In this document: positions 19,081 through 30,872 of the stretch, piece after piece
Numbering within the stretch: the stretch's first letter is position 1
Layout: the number at the start of each line of letters is the position of its first letter
Position numbers and translations under genes: made by a program
The notes under the pieces: model-generated
What the model saw: the letters and a program-made list of their open reading frames with translations, nothing else
Database searches by the model: none
Told to the model about the DNA's origin: nothing
Assembly (NCBI GenBank): GCA_963664825.1
Contig: OY761614.1
Location: forward strand, 2,688,001-2,752,000
Length of the DNA stretch: 64,000 nt
Direction: 5' to 3'
Source of the DNA: an uncultured Holophaga sp.
Lineage (GTDB): Bacteria > Acidobacteriota > Holophagae > Holophagales > Holophagaceae

Positions 19081-20141
19081 CCCTTGCGCTTTCCGGCTCT
19101 GGCTGTCTTTTTCGCGGAGGCCTTCGGCGCGGGCTCCGGGATGCCCTTCTGATGCATGATCTCCTTGCGGAAGATGGCCACGTTGTGGTTGTGCTCGTCG
19201 AGGGTCTGGGCGAAGCGGTGGCCGCCGGTGCCGGTGGCCACGAAATAGATGTCCTTGCCTGGGGCCGGCTGGCGCGCCGCTTCGATGGCGGCGGCGCTGG
19301 GAATGCCGATGGGGGTGGGTGGGAGTCCCGCGACGGAATAGGTATTGAAACGATGCGGCCGTCGGATGTCCTCGGAGGTGGGCGGCGTGAAGCGCAGATC
19401 GCCGCTGATCCACCGGGCGTACAGGCTGGTGGGGTCGCACTGGAGGCGCATGCCGATCTCCAGGCGTCGGGCGTAGACGCCAGCGACCTTGGGCAGCTCC
19501 TGGGGCACGTGGGTCTCCTTCTCCACCAAGCTCGCTAGGGTCAGGGTCCGGTAGGGGTCGAGGGACCCTCCCTCCAGCTTGGGGCGCACCTGCTGATGGA
19601 AGGCCTCCACGAGCATCAGCATGATCTCCTCGGGCTCCAGGACATGATGGAGGCGGTAGGTCGCCGGAGCCACGAGGCCCTCGAGGTTTTCGGCCCTTTC
19701 GAAACCGGCTGTCCGCGCCAGCCGGGGGCTCTTCCAGAGGGCCCAGAAGACATCCTCGGGGATGAAATCCTTGAGGCGCCTCTGGATGCTCCAGGCGTTC
19801 ATGGAGGGGGTGAGGACCACGTTGGTGAAGTGGATATCGCCCTTGCGCAGCTTGCCGGCCACATCGGAGAGGCTGGCCCCGGGGGCGATGGCGTATTCGC
19901 CGCGGATGAGCTGGAGCTTGCGGCTGCGGGCCCAGAGCTTGAATAGGGAGGCAGAGCGGATGACGCCCTGGTGCTCCAGCTGATCGGCGATCTGATCGAT
20001 GGTGGAGCCCCTCTTTACGAGCAGCGTGGCTTCATGGGTGAGGGGGCCGCTGCGTTTCCAGGACCACCATCCCCCCAAAGGGATGAGGCTGAGCAGGGCC
20101 GTGGCCACCAGGAGACGGAGAGAGGTGCGGGAACGTGCCAT
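19077..20141 (-). CDS. mltG: Endolytic transglycosylase MltG
   Basis: LASLVEKET, MRLQCDPT, NTY..GLPPTPI. Confidence 0.92.
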   Translation of the reverse strand: MARSRTSLRLLVATALLSLIPLGGWWSWKRSGPLTHEATLLVKRGSTIDQIADQLEHQGVIRSASLFKLWARSRKLQLIRGEYAIAPGASLSDVAGKLRKGDIHFTNVVLTPSMNAWSIQRRLKDFIPEDVFWALWKSPRLARTAGFERAENLEGLVAPATYRLHHVLEPEEIMLMLVEAFHQQVRPKLEGGSLDPYRTLTLASLVEKETHVPQELPKVAGVYARRLEIGMRLQCDPTSLYARWISGDLRFTPPTSEDIRRPHRFNTYSVAGLPPTPIGIPSAAAIEAARQPAPGKDIYFVATGTGGHRFAQTLDEHNHNVAIFRKEIMHQKGIPEPAPKASAKKTARAGKRKG

Positions 20142-20262
20142 GCTTCCAGATTAGCGAATGCCTGCGCCCCCCGCCGGAAAATGGCGTCAGATGCGCAGGT
20201 GGTCCCCAGATGGGCGGAGTGGACGTGAAGGCTGGGCTCTGCCCGGCCTGCACGTGGGGGTC

Positions 20263-20308
20263 AAAGGGGGGACCTCGCGAGCAAAGCGAGCAGGCGGTCC
20301 CCTCTTTC
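20263..20308. repeat. REP-like palindrome, copy A
   Basis: AAAGGGGGGACC...AGCGAGCAGGCGGTCCCCTCTTTC; near-identical ends to 29491-29540. Confidence 0.75.
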
Positions 20309-21156
20309 TAAGATAGTTCCCGGTGCTGGATGACCAGCTTCGGAATGTCCTTGCGCAGGCGCTGGGCCAGCAGTTCCACCAGGGCCACACTGCGGTGCTG
20401 GCCGCCCGTGCAACCGATGGCCAGGGTGAAGTAGGCCCGGCCCTCGAGGGCGACGTAGGGCCAGCTCCAATGGACCCAGTTCTCGGTCATGGCCATGAAG
20501 GATCCGAAGAGCTCGGAATTCATCAGGTATTCCTTCACCGGCTGGTCCCGGCCCGTGAGGGGCTTGAGTTCTTCGATGTAATGGGGATTGGGCAGGAAGC
20601 GCGCGTCCAGCACCATATCGGCATCCGAGGGAAGGCCGAACTTGAAGCCGAAGCTCACCAGGCGAAGGGTGGTGCCCCGCATGGGCAGATCCGGGAGCAG
20701 TTCCCCGATGCGCTGCCGGAGCTGGCCCAGGGTCAGCCGGGTGGTGTTGAGGATGGCGCTGGCCCGGGCTCGGACCGGGCCCAGGACCTGCCGCTCCCGG
20801 GCGATAGCGGCGGCCACGTTACCGTCGCCGGCCAGATAGTGCGGACGGCGAGCCTCGGAAAAACGGCGCATTAGGGTCGATTCATCGGCCTCCACGAAGA
20901 CGGTGTAGACGGGAATGCTGCCGTCCTGGAGTCGCTCCATGAGGGGCACGAATTCTTCCACGAACTCGCCATGGCGGTTATCCATGCCCACAGCCAGCCG
21001 GGGCCGGGTGGGGTTGAGCTTGGCCTCCAGGGAAAGCAGGGGCTCCAGGAGCCGGGCCGGGACATTATCGATGGCCGTGCAGCCCGCGTCCTCGAGGGCG
21101 CTGAGCACCGAGCGGCGACCCGCTCCAGACATCCCCGTGACGATGACGAGTTCCAT
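20308..21156 (-). CDS. rapZ: RNase adapter RapZ
   Basis: TGMSGAGR, SFGFKFG, DARFLPNP, GCTGGQHRS. Confidence 0.93.
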   Translation of the reverse strand: MELVIVTGMSGAGRRSVLSALEDAGCTAIDNVPARLLEPLLSLEAKLNPTRPRLAVGMDNRHGEFVEEFVPLMERLQDGSIPVYTVFVEADESTLMRRFSEARRPHYLAGDGNVAAAIARERQVLGPVRARASAILNTTRLTLGQLRQRIGELLPDLPMRGTTLRLVSFGFKFGLPSDADMVLDARFLPNPHYIEELKPLTGRDQPVKEYLMNSELFGSFMAMTENWVHWSWPYVALEGRAYFTLAIGCTGGQHRSVALVELLAQRLRKDIPKLVIQHRELS

Positions 21157-21191
21157 GAAAAAAGACTACCCCATCTCCGGCCCGGCCGGTC

Positions 21192-23855
21192 CTAATCCTC
21201 CTCGTCCACACCGCCGGCGCTGAAGCGCATGACGCGGTGGATACCGTCGGGACTCACGTCCGACATGGCGCCGTCCTCGTCGGGCCCCAATTCCTGGACC
21301 TCACCGGAGCCTCCGAATAGTTCGTCATCCGGGGCATAGGCGGGCTGGGGCTCCACGCGGTAGAGATAGCTGACGATCTCGTCCTCGTAGCCGAAGCGCA
21401 TCTGCTCGAAATACTCGTAGGATTCCCGCTTGTATTCGACGAGGGGATCCTTCTGGCCATAGCCGCGGAAACCGATGGCCTCCTTCAGATGGTCCATGAC
21501 CAGCAGATGGCGCTTCCAGGCGGAATCGATGATCTGGAGGATGGCCACCCGCTCGTGCCAGCGCAGCACATCCTCGCTGCCCAGGCGCCGTTCCTTCTCC
21601 AGGTAGGCCTCCTGCACGATCTTGGTGAGCTCTTCGACGGCCTCGGATTGGGGCATGGCGGCGAACTTGCCGAAGTCCAGATCCGAGGTGGCATAGAGCT
21701 GTTCGAAGCGCTCGGCGAAGCCCTCCACATCCTGCTCGCCCTTAGTGGGGAGGTAGTCGTGGACCAGGCCCTCGATGATCTCCCCGGCGATGCGCAGCAC
21801 GTATTCCTTGGTGTTGCCCTTGAGCATCTCGGTGCGCAGCCCGTAGAAGAAGATGCGCTGCTTGTTCATCACATCGTCGTATTCCAACAGGTGCTTGCGG
21901 ATTTCGAAGTTGTGCGTCTCCACCCGCTTCTGGCTGCGCTCGATGGCCTTGGTGACCATGCCGGCCTCGATGGGTTCGTCATCGGTCATGCCGAGGGTCG
22001 ACATCATGGCCTTGATGCGTTCCCCGCCGAAGATGCGCATGAGATCGTCTTCCAGGCTGAGGAAGAAGCGGCTGGAACCGGGATCGCCCTGGCGTCCCGC
22101 GCGGCCCCGGAGCTGGTTATCGATGCGGCGGCTCTCGTGGCGCTCGGTGCCCAGGATGTGCAGGCCTCCGCAGGCCACCACGTCGATATGCTCGGCGGCG
22201 GTCTGCTTATCCATCTCGCTGATGAGCTCATCGAATTCGACGGTATTGCGACCGTCCTGGTCGTAGAGCTCGATGCCCCGCTTCTTCGCCTCCAGCTTGG
22301 CCATCCCCTCGGGATTGCCGCCCAGGATGATATCGGTGCCGCGGCCGGCCATGTTGGTGGCGATGGTGACGGCGCTCTTGCGGCCCGCCTGGGCGATGAT
22401 CTCGGCTTCCTTCTCGTGGTGTTTGGCGTTGAGGACCACATGCTTGATCTTGGCCCGCTTGAGTTCCTCGGCGAGCATCTCGCTGGATTCGATGCTCACG
22501 GTGCCCACTAGGATCGGCTGGCCCTTCAGATTGAGATCCTTGATCTCCTCGACGATGGCCTGCACCTTGCCCTTCTTGGTGGAGTAGACCACATCTGCGA
22601 AATCCTTGCGGACCATGGGCATATTGGTGGGGATGATGATGACTTCCAGGTTGTAGATGGAGAGCAGCTCCCGGGCCTCGGTCTCGGCGGTGCCGGTCAT
22701 GCCGGCGAGCTTCTTGTACATCCGGAAGAAGTTCTGGAAGGTGACGGTGGCCAGCGTCTGATTCTCGGCATTGACCTCCACACCCTCCTTGGCCTCGATG
22801 GCCTGATGGAGGCCGTTGGACCAACGGCGGCCGGGCATCATGCGGCCCGTGAATTCGTCCACGATGACGATCTCCTGGCCCCGTCCATCCTCCTTGGGCC
22901 GGATCATGTAGTCCACGTCCAGCTTGTACATGCTGTGGGCCAGCAGGGCCTGGTTGAGTCCATGCAGGGTATCGATGGCGCTGGGATCGTAGAGATTGGG
23001 CACGCCCAGGAGCTGTTCGGCGTGGCGGATGCCCTCGTCGGTCAGCATGACCTGGCGGTCCTTCTCGTCGACCTTGTAGTCGCCGTCCTTGCTGTCCTTG
23101 TCGTCCGAGCCCTTCGTGAGCTTGGGCACGATGCCATCGATGCGGTAGTACTTGCTGGTGTCCTCTTCGCTGGAACCCGCGATGATCAGCGGCGTGCGGG
23201 CCTCATCGATGAGGATGGAGTCCACCTCGTCCACGATGGCGAAGGCGAAGCCGCGCTGGGTGAAATCGGTCAGCTCCCACTTCATGTTGTCGCGGAGATA
23301 GTCGAAGCCCAGTTCGTTGTTGGTGCAGTAGGTGATATCGCTGGCATAGGCTTCGCGGCGTTCTTCATCGGAAAGGCCATGTTGGACCACGCCTACGCTG
23401 AGGCCCAGGAAGTGGTAGATGCGCCCCATCCATTCCGCGTCGCGCCGGGCCAGGTAATCGTTCACCGTCACGAGGTGCGCGCCCTTGCCCGCCAGGGCAT
23501 TGAGGTAGAGCGGGAGCGTGGCCGTGAGCGTCTTGCCCTCACCGGTGCGCATCTCAGCCACGCGCCCCTCGTGGAGGGCCATGCCACCCACGAGCTGCAC
23601 GTCGAAGTGGCGCATCTTGAGCACGCGCCGGGAGGCTTCGCGGCAGACGGCGAAGGCCTCGGGCAGGATATCGTCCAGGGTCGCCCCTTGAGCGAGCTTC
23701 TCCTTCAGGAGCGGCGTGCGGGCCTTCAGCTCCTCGTCGCTGAGCGCCTTGATCTCGGGCTCCAGCTGGTTGACCCGCTGGACCTTTGCCCAAAGGCGCT
23801 TGAGCTCGCGATCGTTCTTCGAGCCGATGATTTTTCTGAGAAGATTTTCGATCAT
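21192..23855 (-). CDS. secA: Preprotein translocase SecA
   Basis: MRTGEGKT, DEVDSILIDEARTPLII, ATNMAGRGTDI, QLRGRAGRQGDPG; start ATG 23855. Confidence 0.98.
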   Translation of the reverse strand: MIENLLRKIIGSKNDRELKRLWAKVQRVNQLEPEIKALSDEELKARTPLLKEKLAQGATLDDILPEAFAVCREASRRVLKMRHFDVQLVGGMALHEGRVAEMRTGEGKTLTATLPLYLNALAGKGAHLVTVNDYLARRDAEWMGRIYHFLGLSVGVVQHGLSDEERREAYASDITYCTNNELGFDYLRDNMKWELTDFTQRGFAFAIVDEVDSILIDEARTPLIIAGSSEEDTSKYYRIDGIVPKLTKGSDDKDSKDGDYKVDEKDRQVMLTDEGIRHAEQLLGVPNLYDPSAIDTLHGLNQALLAHSMYKLDVDYMIRPKEDGRGQEIVIVDEFTGRMMPGRRWSNGLHQAIEAKEGVEVNAENQTLATVTFQNFFRMYKKLAGMTGTAETEARELLSIYNLEVIIIPTNMPMVRKDFADVVYSTKKGKVQAIVEEIKDLNLKGQPILVGTVSIESSEMLAEELKRAKIKHVVLNAKHHEKEAEIIAQAGRKSAVTIATNMAGRGTDIILGGNPEGMAKLEAKKRGIELYDQDGRNTVEFDELISEMDKQTAAEHIDVVACGGLHILGTERHESRRIDNQLRGRAGRQGDPGSSRFFLSLEDDLMRIFGGERIKAMMSTLGMTDDEPIEAGMVTKAIERSQKRVETHNFEIRKHLLEYDDVMNKQRIFFYGLRTEMLKGNTKEYVLRIAGEIIEGLVHDYLPTKGEQDVEGFAERFEQLYATSDLDFGKFAAMPQSEAVEELTKIVQEAYLEKERRLGSEDVLRWHERVAILQIIDSAWKRHLLVMDHLKEAIGFRGYGQKDPLVEYKRESYEYFEQMRFGYEDEIVSYLYRVEPQPAYAPDDELFGGSGEVQELGPDEDGAMSDVSPDGIHRVMRFSAGGVDEED

Positions 23856-24009
23856 GCTGGATCCATTCGCGTCAAACCATTGATTGTAGCTCCGAGAAGG
23901 CGTATTTCCTACCGCTAGAAGGGGCGAAAGGCGCAAGCCCATGCGGTAGCACGTCCAAGGGAATCGGGAAGCATGAGCCGCGCTATAGTAAATGAATATC
24001 GGAGTGCCC

Positions 24010-24429
24010 ATGGGTCTCGAGCGAACCTTTGCCATCATTAAGCCCAATGCCGTCGGCAATGGGCATGCCGGGGAGATTCTCAGCGCCATCGAGGGCGCAG
24101 GCTTCACCATTCATGGCCTGCGGATGGTCCGCCTCACCCAGGACGTGGTCCGGGGTTTCTACATTGAGCACATCCATAAGGGCTTCTACCCTGAGCTGGA
24201 GGCCTTCATGCTCGAAGGGCCCGCGATCCTGATGGTGCTGGAGGCCGAGAACGCGATCCTCCGCTGGCGCGAGCTCATGGGCGCCACGGATCCCGCCAAG
24301 GCCGCGGTCGGCACCCTGCGCCGCCAGTTCGGCGAGGATGTCTCCCGGAACGCCGTCCATGGCAGCGACGCCCCCGCCACCGCCGAGCGCGAGATCCACT
24401 ACTTCTTCAGCGCCTTCGACTTGGTCTGA
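24010..24429 (+). CDS. ndk: Nucleoside diphosphate kinase
   Basis: ERTFAIIKPNAV, RNAVHGSD. Confidence 0.97.
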   Translation: MGLERTFAIIKPNAVGNGHAGEILSAIEGAGFTIHGLRMVRLTQDVVRGFYIEHIHKGFYPELEAFMLEGPAILMVLEAENAILRWRELMGATDPAKAAVGTLRRQFGEDVSRNAVHGSDAPATAEREIHYFFSAFDLV

Positions 24430-24434
24430 GGCCC

Positions 24435-24482
24435 CCGGATCACGTAGCGGGCTCCGGTGGAGCCCGCGGAGTGAGGATCCGG
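24435..24482. repeat. Hairpin element, type B copy 1
   Basis: CCGGATC-ACG..GCGGGCTCC-GGT-GGAGCCCGC..GAGTG..GATCCGG; same architecture as 47863-47917. Confidence 0.6.
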
Positions 24483-24703
24483 CGAGTCTCAGAGTCACGC
24501 TCGGGTGGGTCGATGCCTGGTGAGAGTCGGGACCCGAGGAGGGTCAGAACAATGCCCGTATGGGTCGTTGCCCGTCGAGGGCTAGAACAAGGCCCTGTGG
24601 CCTTATTTCCGGCGCGATGCCTCGCTCCCGCGAAACCCCCTCGTCCAGGATCCGCCCCTGGGCCTTTTGGTCGGCATTCGGCATTCCGTAGCGGTTTCTA
24701 AGG

Positions 24704-25201
24704 ATGGGCATGGAAAAGCCTTCTCATCTCGGCCCCCCCTCACTCGAACTCGGCGGGTTGTGCTTATGGTTGCGGGGACGGCACTTCCCCTGGGAGGAAG
24801 GCTTCTGGAACGGGGACTGGCTCGTGGTGACAGCCCACTGGAACTCCTTGGGCGCGCATGTATGGGCCCAAGGGCCCTTCCTCCACCGAGGGGATCTTCC
24901 CCGCTGGCTCGAAGCCTGCGAGCGGCTGCTCTCGGATCGTTCGGGTCTGGCCCTCCTCTGGGCCGTGAAACCCGAGCTCCAGATCTCACTGAGTGCCACT
25001 GAGGCAGGCCTGCGGGCCGAAGTTCGCCTTTCCCCTGACCTCGCCTCCCAGGAGCACATCTTTCGCTTCCCGCTGGATTGGGAGGGCCTGGGCGCTTTTG
25101 CGCGGGGGCTGAAGCGCCAGGTGGAACTGGACTCGCCTGGACCATGCCCACCCCGGTCTGGCCTCGAGGCTCCAGTCGCCTTGAAGCTGCGGGATCTGTG
25201 A
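24704..25201 (+). CDS. Hypothetical protein, WapI-like immunity family
   Basis: GRHFP...WNGDWLVVTAH pattern; family assigned from recall only. Confidence 0.5.
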   Translation: MGMEKPSHLGPPSLELGGLCLWLRGRHFPWEEGFWNGDWLVVTAHWNSLGAHVWAQGPFLHRGDLPRWLEACERLLSDRSGLALLWAVKPELQISLSATEAGLRAEVRLSPDLASQEHIFRFPLDWEGLGAFARGLKRQVELDSPGPCPPRSGLEAPVALKLRDL

Positions 25202-25323
25202 CCGAATACCATGTTGGGCAGAATGACGAGGGCTATGCTGGGGCGGGGCCTTGATTGTTCAAGGGGATCCTGTGATCCGTTCCGCTGTGTGCCTCTCACC
25301 CTTTCCCCTTTGAGGAGATTTCC

Positions 25324-25749
25324 ATGTCACTGCATGCACGTGTTTCGCGGGTGGACGATTACGCCGGCGAACTGACCCAGGCCCTCAAGAAACTCGAAAT
25401 CGAGCAGGGCAGGGGCGCCTTGGATCTGGAACAACAGACGGACTTCCTGGCCGATCTTAGGAAGGCGGTGGAGCTGCGGGACCTGCGGCCCATGCGCAAC
25501 CGCGTCATCCTGGATCTGTCGGCGATGGTCCTGATCCTGGTGCTCGGGGCGATCCTGATCTTCAAGGGGACGGGCTTCCATCACCTGAACCTGTATGCCT
25601 CTTTATTCCTGGCCATCCTCCTTTGCAATTTCGCCCTGACCGTTTGGCGCTTCAATCTCTATCTGCGGAGGCGCCGCCACGATCAGCGCTGGCTGGCCAA
25701 TCTCGAGGCCGCAGTTAGCTCCGGCGGCAACATCTTCGATACGCACTAG
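25324..25749 (+). CDS. Hypothetical two-TM membrane protein
   Basis: GAGGAG RBS; two hydrophobic segments. Confidence 0.75.
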   Translation: MSLHARVSRVDDYAGELTQALKKLEIEQGRGALDLEQQTDFLADLRKAVELRDLRPMRNRVILDLSAMVLILVLGAILIFKGTGFHHLNLYASLFLAILLCNFALTVWRFNLYLRRRRHDQRWLANLEAAVSSGGNIFDTH

Positions 25750-25770
25750 TCAGGACCTGTCTAGCCCGGA

Positions 25771-26244
25771 TCAGCTTTCTTTCACGGCCTGCAACGCCGA
25801 CTGGCAGAGCCTGCGCACGCCGGGCTGGAGGTCCATGGAGAGGAGGGCCTTTTCCCCCACCCACTGGGCGCCCTCCGGGGGATCGGGGAGCTGGTCGTCG
25901 GCGGCCTTGGTGCGAAGCAGGTGGGTGATGTAGAGGCGCTGCTGGCCCTCCAGCCCCTCCAGTCGGAGGAGCCAAGGGGTGGGCAGGCGGCTCGTGCGCT
26001 CGTCGAAGACCACAGGTAGTCGGCTGGAATCCACGAAGCGGAAGGGGATCTTCCAGCTTCCCTGGATGAGGTTCTGGAGGAGGGCCGGGGGCAGGAAGCC
26101 CGGCGACCAGGGCACCTGGGGAGGCATGAGCAGGCCCCGATGGGGGGAATGCTGGGAGGGGGCCAGGAGCACGAAGGGAGTGCTGGACCCGTGGACCAGC
26201 ACGCCCTCGATGAAGGTGGTCAGGTAGACCGGACCTTCGGCCAT
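25771..26244 (-). CDS. Hypothetical protein
   Basis: Directly follows proS with a GGAGG RBS. Confidence 0.7.
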   Translation of the reverse strand: MAEGPVYLTTFIEGVLVHGSSTPFVLLAPSQHSPHRGLLMPPQVPWSPGFLPPALLQNLIQGSWKIPFRFVDSSRLPVVFDERTSRLPTPWLLRLEGLEGQQRLYITHLLRTKAADDQLPDPPEGAQWVGEKALLSMDLQPGVRRLCQSALQAVKES

Positions 26245-26246
26245 GA

Positions 26247-28028
<1,782 letters not shown>

Positions 28029-28041
28029 CTGCTCTCTCTTT

Positions 28042-28491
28042 TCATTTCAGCAGCGACTGCACGAGCTGGCTGGCGGTCTTGCCGTCGATGGCGCTGCCGT
28101 GCGCGGCCTGGAGGGCCTTCATCACGAGGCCCATGTCCTTCCTGGACTGGGCGCCGCTTTCCTGGATGGCGGCGCGGACGGCTTGTTCCAGCTGGGCTCC
28201 CTCCAGCATGGCGGGGAGGTAGGCCTTGAGGATCTCGATCTCGGCCTGCTCCGCGGTGGCTCGTTCCGGCTGTCCCACCTTGGTGAATTGCTCGACGCTA
28301 TCCTCCCGGGACTTCACCAGACGCTTGAAGACGGCCAGGGCTTCGGCTTCGCTCAAGACTCCCTGGGGACTCAGGCCCTTGGCCACGGCCTCGTTTCGGT
28401 AGGCGCTCAGGGCCATCCGGAGAACCCCAGTGCGATTGGCGTCCCGGGCGAGCATGGCAGTTTTCAAATCGGCTTGCAGGCGGTCAAGCAT
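28042..28491 (-). CDS. GatB/YqeY domain protein
   Basis: DLKTAM, EIEILKAYLP, KDMGLVM. Confidence 0.92.
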   Translation of the reverse strand: MLDRLQADLKTAMLARDANRTGVLRMALSAYRNEAVAKGLSPQGVLSEAEALAVFKRLVKSREDSVEQFTKVGQPERATAEQAEIEILKAYLPAMLEGAQLEQAVRAAIQESGAQSRKDMGLVMKALQAAHGSAIDGKTASQLVQSLLK

Positions 28492-28634
28492 GGTCCGCCC
28501 CCCCTTTCAGTGCAAACCCTCATCCTGCCTGCTATCTTCTCGATCTTCAATCCTTCCGGGGATTGGGAAAATTCATCCCACAGAATGCAGGAACGGTAAG
28601 ATATCGTTTCGGCCATTGCGAGGATGCCACGCTT

Positions 28635-29099
28635 ATGAATGTTGCCTTCATTAATCCTTTCATTGAATCCACCCTCCGCAGCCTCGACATGATGGCGGGG
28701 ATCCAGGCCGAGAAGATCGGCCTGGAGGCCAAGGAGGACTTGGTCACTACCTACGACATCTCCTCGATCATCGGGATCACCGGGGAGACCTCCGGGTCCA
28801 TCATCATCTCCGTGCCGGAAAAGCTGGCGTGCAAGATCGCCTCCAATATGCTCATGGAGGAGATCACCTCCATGAATAAGTCGGTGGAGGACGCCATCGG
28901 AGAGATCGGCAATATCGTCGTGGGGGATGCCCGCCGCTCCCTGATCCAGGATGGCTACTCCCTGAACATTTCGGTGCCCACGGTGGTGGTTGGCGCTGGC
29001 CACAAGATCAGCCGCGCGGCCTCTGTGCCCTGCATCGGCATTCCCTTCTCCACGCCCTTCGGGGACTTCGAAGTCAACGTGGGCCTGCAAGAGGGCTAG
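28635..29099 (+). CDS. cheX: Chemotaxis phosphatase CheX
   Basis: FINPFI, IGITG, DAIGEIGN, ISVPTV. Confidence 0.9.
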   Translation: MNVAFINPFIESTLRSLDMMAGIQAEKIGLEAKEDLVTTYDISSIIGITGETSGSIIISVPEKLACKIASNMLMEEITSMNKSVEDAIGEIGNIVVGDARRSLIQDGYSLNISVPTVVVGAGHKISRAASVPCIGIPFSTPFGDFEVNVGLQEG

Positions 29100-29105
29100 T
29101 CCTTA

Positions 29106-29155
29106 GCCTTCAATGCAGAAGAGGCGCCCTGGGGCGCCTCTTCTTCGTTGAAGGC
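29106..29155. terminator. Bidirectional hairpin between convergent genes
   Basis: AGAAGAGGCGCCC/GGGCGCCTCTTCT with outer GCCTTCAA/TTGAAGGC. Confidence 0.75.
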
Positions 29156-29161
29156 CTGAGA

Positions 29162-29416
29162 TCAAAGCTCTTCGAACTGGATGACCTCGACGGGGCAACC
29201 GGAGGCGGCGGCCTTGATGCCATCGGCCATGGAGGCCTGGAAGGCGGCCTTCAGGGGCGATTTCGCGTCGCGGTTTTCGTTCTCGAGGCCGTCCTCACGG
29301 ACATCGCCCTTGATCACGCAGGTGTCGTCGGTGACCAGGAACACGTCGGGGCACTCGGCATCGCAGGCGTTGCACATGATGCAGCCTTCTTCGATCCACA
29401 CACACTTGATGGCCAT
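29162..29416 (-). CDS. Ferredoxin (single cluster)
   Basis: CIMCNACDAECPDVF ... CPVEVI. Confidence 0.9.
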   Translation of the reverse strand: MAIKCVWIEEGCIMCNACDAECPDVFLVTDDTCVIKGDVREDGLENENRDAKSPLKAAFQASMADGIKAAASGCPVEVIQFEEL

Positions 29417-29490
29417 GGAATCTCCTTGGGTGATCGTCTCCCGGGTGGGAGAGGGCCAAGGCTAGCACCCGGGGACTTCCTCCACCAGCC

Positions 29491-29540
29491 AAAGGGGGGA
29501 CGCAGAGCGAGCCCTGAGCGAGCAGGCGGTCCCCCCTTTC
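29491..29540. repeat. REP-like palindrome, copy B (adjacent to the IS110 left junction)
   Basis: AAAGGGGGGAC/GTCCCCCCTTT 11-bp stem; shares AGCGAGCAGGCGGTCCCC with copy A. Confidence 0.75.
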
Positions 29541-29660
29541 ATGGCAGACCCCATCCCGCCGCTGCGGGACCAGCGTCCGGATGAAAACGGGGTGGGAGGT
29601 CGTGGCACCTTGGGGTTGTTGATCACATGGCGTTCCGATTTGCGCACACTTCCTGGAGTC

Positions 29661-29809
29661 GGAGGGCTCCTCGATGGCCGACCAACCCTTGGGAATGACC
29701 CGTATTGGCAGACTGGTCAGCGCGGCGTTGGCACCACACCCTGTCGCGCCCATGGTGGGTTGCACGCAGGCTAGGATCACATCTTTCTCCCCCGCGCAGG
29801 AGCCCCTCC
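29661..29809 (+). ncRNA. Predicted IS110 bridge RNA
   Basis: Closing stem GGAGGGCTCCT/AGGAGCCCCTCC; stem CAACCC/GGGTTG enclosing an internal loop with TATTGGCAG; second loop with CAGGCTAG. Confidence 0.65.
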
Positions 29810-29826
29810 GCAGCAAGGAGGACGCT

Positions 29827-30872
29827 ATGGAAGTCGCGCGAACGGCCTGTGGACTGGATGTCCATCGGTCCAACATCGCAGCCTGTCTGATCAAGACCGC
29901 CCCAAGTGGGGCACTCGAACGGGAGCACCGGGTTTTCAGCACGACGCTCCAGGATCTGCATCACCTGGGGGATTGGCTTCGAGAGAATGTGTGTGAGGTG
30001 GTTGGTATGGAGGCCACTGGTAGTTTCTGGCAGCCGGTCTATCGTGAGCTGGAAGGAACGATGCGCGTGGTCGTGGGCAATCCCCAGCACATCAAGGCGA
30101 TTCGGGGTCGAAAGACAGACAAGGCCGATGCCGGATGGATCGCGGGAAAGGTGCGAGAGGATGGAATCCCTGGCAGTTTCGCGCCCCAGCCTGAAATTCG
30201 CGAACTCCGAGGCATCGGGCGGTTGCATCAGAACCTCGTGAACGATCGCAGCCGGATCAGGAACGAGATGATGAGGCTTCTGGCCAGCGCAGGGATTCCC
30301 CTTTCCAGTGTGGTGACCGATCTGTTCGGCGTTTCTGGAATGGCGATCCTGCGTCGTTTAGCTGAAGGGGCCACCGCCTGGAGCGATCTCCACGCGATGG
30401 TGCGTGGCAAAATCCGGCTGAAGCTGGATGCTCTACGTCTCGCATTAGAAAGCCCCCTGAGCGAGGCCCAACGATGGGAACTGAAGCTTCAACTAGAGCG
30501 ACTGGATCGAATCGATGATGAGATCGAGGACGCAGAGCAGGAGCTGGAGCGCAGGATTCATCCCATGGCGCTGCGCGAACACGTGGGTGCTGGCTCAGAG
30601 CCAAATACCAGCAACTCCGCCGCCGAATGGATGCCAAGAAAGCGATCATGGTCGTCGCCCACAAGCTGGCCATTCTCCTGTTCCACGCCATCAAGAACGG
30701 CCAACCCTACACAGACCCAGACGACCACTACACGCCCAGCCAAGGGAAATTACAGGCACTCAAGAAAGTAGGCATCCTCCCCGACCAGCCCAAGACGGAA
30801 CTGTCAGATCCGATCACAAGCGGTACGGCATCAGCTATTTCTGGAGAGTCTGGCCCCGTGTTTTCAGGCTAG
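29827..30872 (+). pseudogene. IS110 recombinase, frameshifted by a deletion near 30563
   Basis: GLDVH, GMEATG, RKTDKADA in one frame; HGAARTRGCWLRAKY...KKAIMVVAHKL in another; intervening Tnp core missing. Confidence 0.9.

Larger units (their letters stand above)
29546..30872 (+). mobile_element. IS110-family element with an internal deletion; ends inferred at AG cores
   Basis: Non-coding left end plus DEDD recombinase; junctions TCATGGC-AG (29539-29547) and TCAGGCT-AG (30864-30872) match segments inside the left end. Confidence 0.75.

Noticed and set aside
24530..24610. CRISPR mini-array or known tandem-hairpin riboswitch (guanidine-II, ANTAR)
   Set aside because: Only two imperfect copies, no cas genes, and loops do not fit ACGR or ANTAR patterns
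29674..29826. N-terminal extension of the IS110 recombinase
   Set aside because: Strong AAGGAGG RBS precedes ATG 29827; the upstream part is better explained as structured non-coding RNA
30560..30630. Programmed frameshift in the IS110 gene
   Set aside because: No slippery site, and a conserved domain is missing, indicating deletion
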